A stretch of DNA of 64,000 nucleotides. Origin: Mobula hypostoma. Lineage: Eukaryota. Under the pieces are notes generated by a model. The model had not been told where the DNA came from. It did not search any database and saw only the letters and a list, made by a program, of their open reading frames with translations. The position numbers and the translations under genes are program-made. Below are positions 62,259-64,000 of this stretch, piece after piece (positions within the stretch are counted from its first letter, which is position 1; the number at the start of each line of letters is the position of its first letter). Location of the stretch: positions 68,078,001 through 68,142,000 of the forward strand of contig NC_086108.1 of assembly GCF_963921235.1 (NCBI RefSeq), in the 5' to 3' direction.

Positions 62259-64000
62259 TAGAAACCATAGAAACAATAGAAACTACAGCACAGAAACAGG
62301 CCTTTTGGCCCTTCTTGGCTGTGCCGAACCATTTTCTGCCTAGTCCCACTGACCTGCACACGGACCATGTCCCTCCATACACCTCCCATCCATGTATCTG
62401 TCCAATTTATTCTTAAATGTTAAAAAAGAACCCACATTTACCACCTCGTCTGGCAGCTCATTCCATACTCCCACCACTCTCTGTGTGAAGAAGCCCCCCC
62501 TGATGTTCCCTTTAAACTTTTCCCCCCTCACCCTTAACCCATGTCCTCTGGTTTTTTTCTCCCCTTGCCTCAGTGGAAAAAGCCTGCTTGCATTCACTCT
62601 ATCTATACCCATCATAATTTTATATACCTCTATCAAATCTTCCCTCATTCTTCTACGCTCCAGGGAATAAAGTCCCAACCTATTCAACCTTTCTCTGTAA
62701 CTGAGTTTCTCAAGTCCCGGCAACATCCTTGTAAACCTCTTCTGCACTCTTTCAACCTTATTTATATCCTTCCTGTAATTTGGTGACCAAAACTGAACAC
62801 AATACTCCAGATTTGGCCTCACCAGTGCCTTATACAACCTCATCATAACATTCCAGCTCTTATACTCAATACTTTGATTAATAAAGGCCAATTTACCAAA
62901 AGCTCTCTTTACGACCCTATCTACCTGTGATGCCACTTTTAGGGAATTTTGTATCTGTATTCCCAGATCCCTCTGTTCTACTGCACTCCTCAGTGCCTTA
63001 CCATTAACCCTGTATGTTCTACGATGGTTTGTCCTTCCAACGTGCAATACCTCACACTTGTCAGTATTAAACTCCATCTGCCATTTTTTAGCCCATTTTC
63101 CAGCTGGTCCAAGTCTCTCTGCAGGCTCTGAAAACCTTCCTCACCGTCTACTACACCTCCAATCTTTGTATCATCAGCAAACTTGCTGATCCAATTTACC
63201 ACATTATCATCCAGATCATTGATATAGATGACAAATAACAATGGACCCAGCACTGATCCCTGTGGCACACCACTAGTCACAGGCCTCCACTCAGAGAAGC
63301 AATTCTCTACCACCACTCTCTGGCTTCTTCCATCGAGCCAATGTCTAATCCAATTTACCACCTCTCCATGTATACCTAGCGACTGAATTTTCCTAACTAA
63401 CCTCCCATGCGGGACCTTGTCAAAGGCCTTACTGAAGTCCATGTAGACAATATCCACTGCCTTCCCTTCATCCACTTTCCTGGTAACCTCCTCGAAAAAC
63501 TCCAATAGATTGGTCAAACATGACCTACCACGCATAAAGCTATGTTGACTCTCCCAGGTAAGTCCCAGTCTATCCAAATGCTTGTAGATTCTGTCTCTTA
63601 GTACTCCTTCCAATAACTTACCTACTACCGACGTTAAACTTACTGGCCTATAATTTCCAGGATTACTTTTCGATCCTTTTTTAAACAACGGAACAACATG
63701 AGCCACTCTCCAATCCTCCGGCACCTCACCTGTAGACAGCGACATTTTAAATATTTCAGCCAGGGCCCCTGCAATTTCAACACTAGTCTCCTTCAAGGTC
63801 TGAGGGAACACCCTGTCAGGTCCCGGGGATTTATCCACTTTAATTTTCCTCAAGACAGCAAGGACCTCCTCCTTTTCGATCTGTACAGTTTCCATGATCT
63901 CACTACTTGTTTCCCTTAATTCCATAGACTTCATGCCAGTTTCCTTAGTAAACGCAGAAGCAAAAAACCTATTTAAGATCTCCCCCATTTCCTTTGGTTC
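62259..64000 (-). mobile_element. Young CR1 LINE, ORF2 RT and C-terminus with a single frameshift; continues beyond the right edge
   Basis: ORFs 62990-63988 and 62340-63077: KSPGPD, NYRPVSLTS, DFSKAFDKVPH, SGVPQGSVLGP, SKFADDTK. Tail (tttctatgg/tg)n. Confidence 0.95.

Overview
Repeat-dense vertebrate genomic DNA with no host protein-coding gene that I can support. The repeat set (CR1 LINEs with SGNH-esterase ORF1, Rex1/Babar-type LINEs, Penelope-like elements, an IR/DR Tc1) suggests a cartilaginous fish, probably a ray; this is inferred, not shown. Most ORFs in the track are fragments or antisense shadows of decayed transposons. Highlights: (1) the 5' end of a minus-strand provirus at 1-1841, with an LTR, a tRNA-Ser-like PBS and a decayed gag carrying ERV-L/Fv1-type (class III) motifs; (2) a series of minimal type-I hammerhead ribozyme motifs in Penelope terminal repeats, one of them (21996-22033) with an intact core and palindromic stem III; (3) a CR1 at 36050-39795 carrying Penelope, solo-LTR and Tc1 insertions, plus a SINE inside the Tc1, most with readable TSDs; (4) a possible Copia-like remnant, an RTE-derived bipartite element, an L1 3' end with a long TSD, a G-rich 36-bp minisatellite and a young CR1 at the right edge. 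Family assignments come from remembered motifs, not database searches. Boundaries of old elements are approximate.
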